Program-made: the position numbers and the translations under genes
Notes under the pieces: model-generated
What the model was told of the DNA's origin: nothing
The model's database searches: none
The model's input: only the letters and a program-made list of their open reading frames with translations
Part shown: in pieces, positions 63,081 to 64,000 of the stretch
Numbering within the stretch: position 1 is the stretch's first letter
How the letters are laid out: each line of letters opens with the position of its first letter
DNA from: Candidatus Thorarchaeota archaeon
GTDB lineage: Archaea; Asgardarchaeota; Thorarchaeia; Thorarchaeales; Thorarchaeaceae
Length of the DNA: 64,000 bases
Direction of reading: 5' to 3'
Assembly: GCA_963726195.1 (NCBI GenBank)
Contig: CAVSBO010000016.1
Span: 128,001-192,000 of the forward strand

Positions 63081-64000
63081 ATGCTCGAACTGAAACCTGA
63101 AGAGAAAGCCATGCTTGAGGGACGGCAGGGCAAGGCGACCCGAAAGGCGATGGAGATAATCACATCGCTTGGAGAGATTTACGGTGCGAAAAGGCTGATT
63201 CCTGTTTCCAGCGTACAGATTGCAGGGGTCTCCTATGACAATCTTGGAGAACCCGGTCTGGAGTTCCTTTCGGACATGGCAGTCGATGGCAAAGCACGAG
63301 TGTTGACAACACTCAATCCTGCTGGAATGGACCTAGAGGAATGGCAGAAACATGGAATCTCTGCTGACTTCGCCAAGAATCAACAGAGAGTGATAGATGC
63401 CTTCGCAAAGATGGGGGTCATGACAACCTGCACTTGTACGCCCTATCTCGTTGGCAATCTGCCTCACTTTGGTGAACATATCGCTTGGGCAGAATCATCA
63501 GCAGTCTGTTTTGCCAATTCGGTCATAGGCGCACGGACTAACAGAGAGGGCGGGCCGAGCGCTCTTGCTGCAGCACTCACGGGCGTGACAGCCGAATATG
63601 GGCTTCACCTCGACGAGAACAGGGCAGCTGAAGTCAAATATGATTTGCAGACGAACCTGAAGACTACCGATGACTTCGGCTTGCTGGGCCAAGTGATTGG
63701 CGCAAGAACAAAGCAGGCTATACCCTACATAACCGGAATCTCGCACGCCACAACAGAGGACCTCATGTCATTCTCTGCCTCAGTCGCAACCTACGGCGGG
63801 GTTGCCATGTTCTACATGGAAAGCATCACCCCAAGCAGGACAAAGGTGCCAGAGAAGACAGAGACAGTCACGCAAGATGACCTGAGCAATGCTCGAGGGT
63901 CGCTTGATGACAAGGACGCAGTCATTGATTTCATCAGCATTGGTTGCCCCCATGCCAGCATAGATCAGATATCTCGTATTGCCAGCATGTTGGATGGCAA
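63081..64000 (+). CDS. Aconitase X catalytic subunit (phosphomevalonate dehydratase large subunit), truncated by the window end
   Basis: AGVSYDNLG, TTLNP.GMD, TCTCTPY, AWAESSA, GARTNREGG, IGCPH. Confidence 0.9.
   Translation, partial: MLELKPEEKAMLEGRQGKATRKAMEIITSLGEIYGAKRLIPVSSVQIAGVSYDNLGEPGLEFLSDMAVDGKARVLTTLNPAGMDLEEWQKHGISADFAKNQQRVIDAFAKMGVMTTCTCTPYLVGNLPHFGEHIAWAESSAVCFANSVIGARTNREGGPSALAAALTGVTAEYGLHLDENRAAEVKYDLQTNLKTTDDFGLLGQVIGARTKQAIPYITGISHATTEDLMSFSASVATYGGVAMFYMESITPSRTKVPEKTETVTQDDLSNARGSLDDKDAVIDFISIGCPHASIDQISRIASMLDG

Overview
64-kb archaeal chromosome segment, most likely from an Asgard archaeon (Thorarchaeia-like). This is an inference from OSTC/DC2-like, PAC4-like and Elf1 genes, PolD, eIF2-alpha and intron-containing tRNAs. 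Most of the window is housekeeping: ProRS, NadM, RtcA, NOG1, proteasome beta, Tyw1, translin, EndoV, RibK, Trm5, SHMT, Sec61beta, rpL44e/rpS27e/eIF2a/Nop10, AglB, GcvH/T, FolP, MptE, TopA, XPD, RadB, CarS, PolD DP2, RPA, SufS, Lhr, EngB and an mvk-ubiD-acnX mevalonate operon. Many essential genes carry single-base frameshifts, which points to long-read indel errors. There are two accessory regions. (1) An IS607-derived element with an internally deleted tnpA and a TnpB whose RuvC-III catalytic Asp is replaced by Gln. (2) An ~11.5-kb island beside a two-intron tRNA-Lys gene. The island holds a HerA/VirB4-like ATPase, a small protein and a LAGLIDADG-like protein in one operon. It also holds a module the ORF track misses: a Mig/MutY-type glycosylase pseudogene, a C5 DNA methyltransferase pseudogene, a ribbon-helix-helix regulator, an operator-like array of four CTAG at 8-bp spacing, a HerA ATPase and a wHTH-NurA nuclease. 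This module is the best candidate for an undescribed restriction-modification-like defence system built on HerA-NurA.
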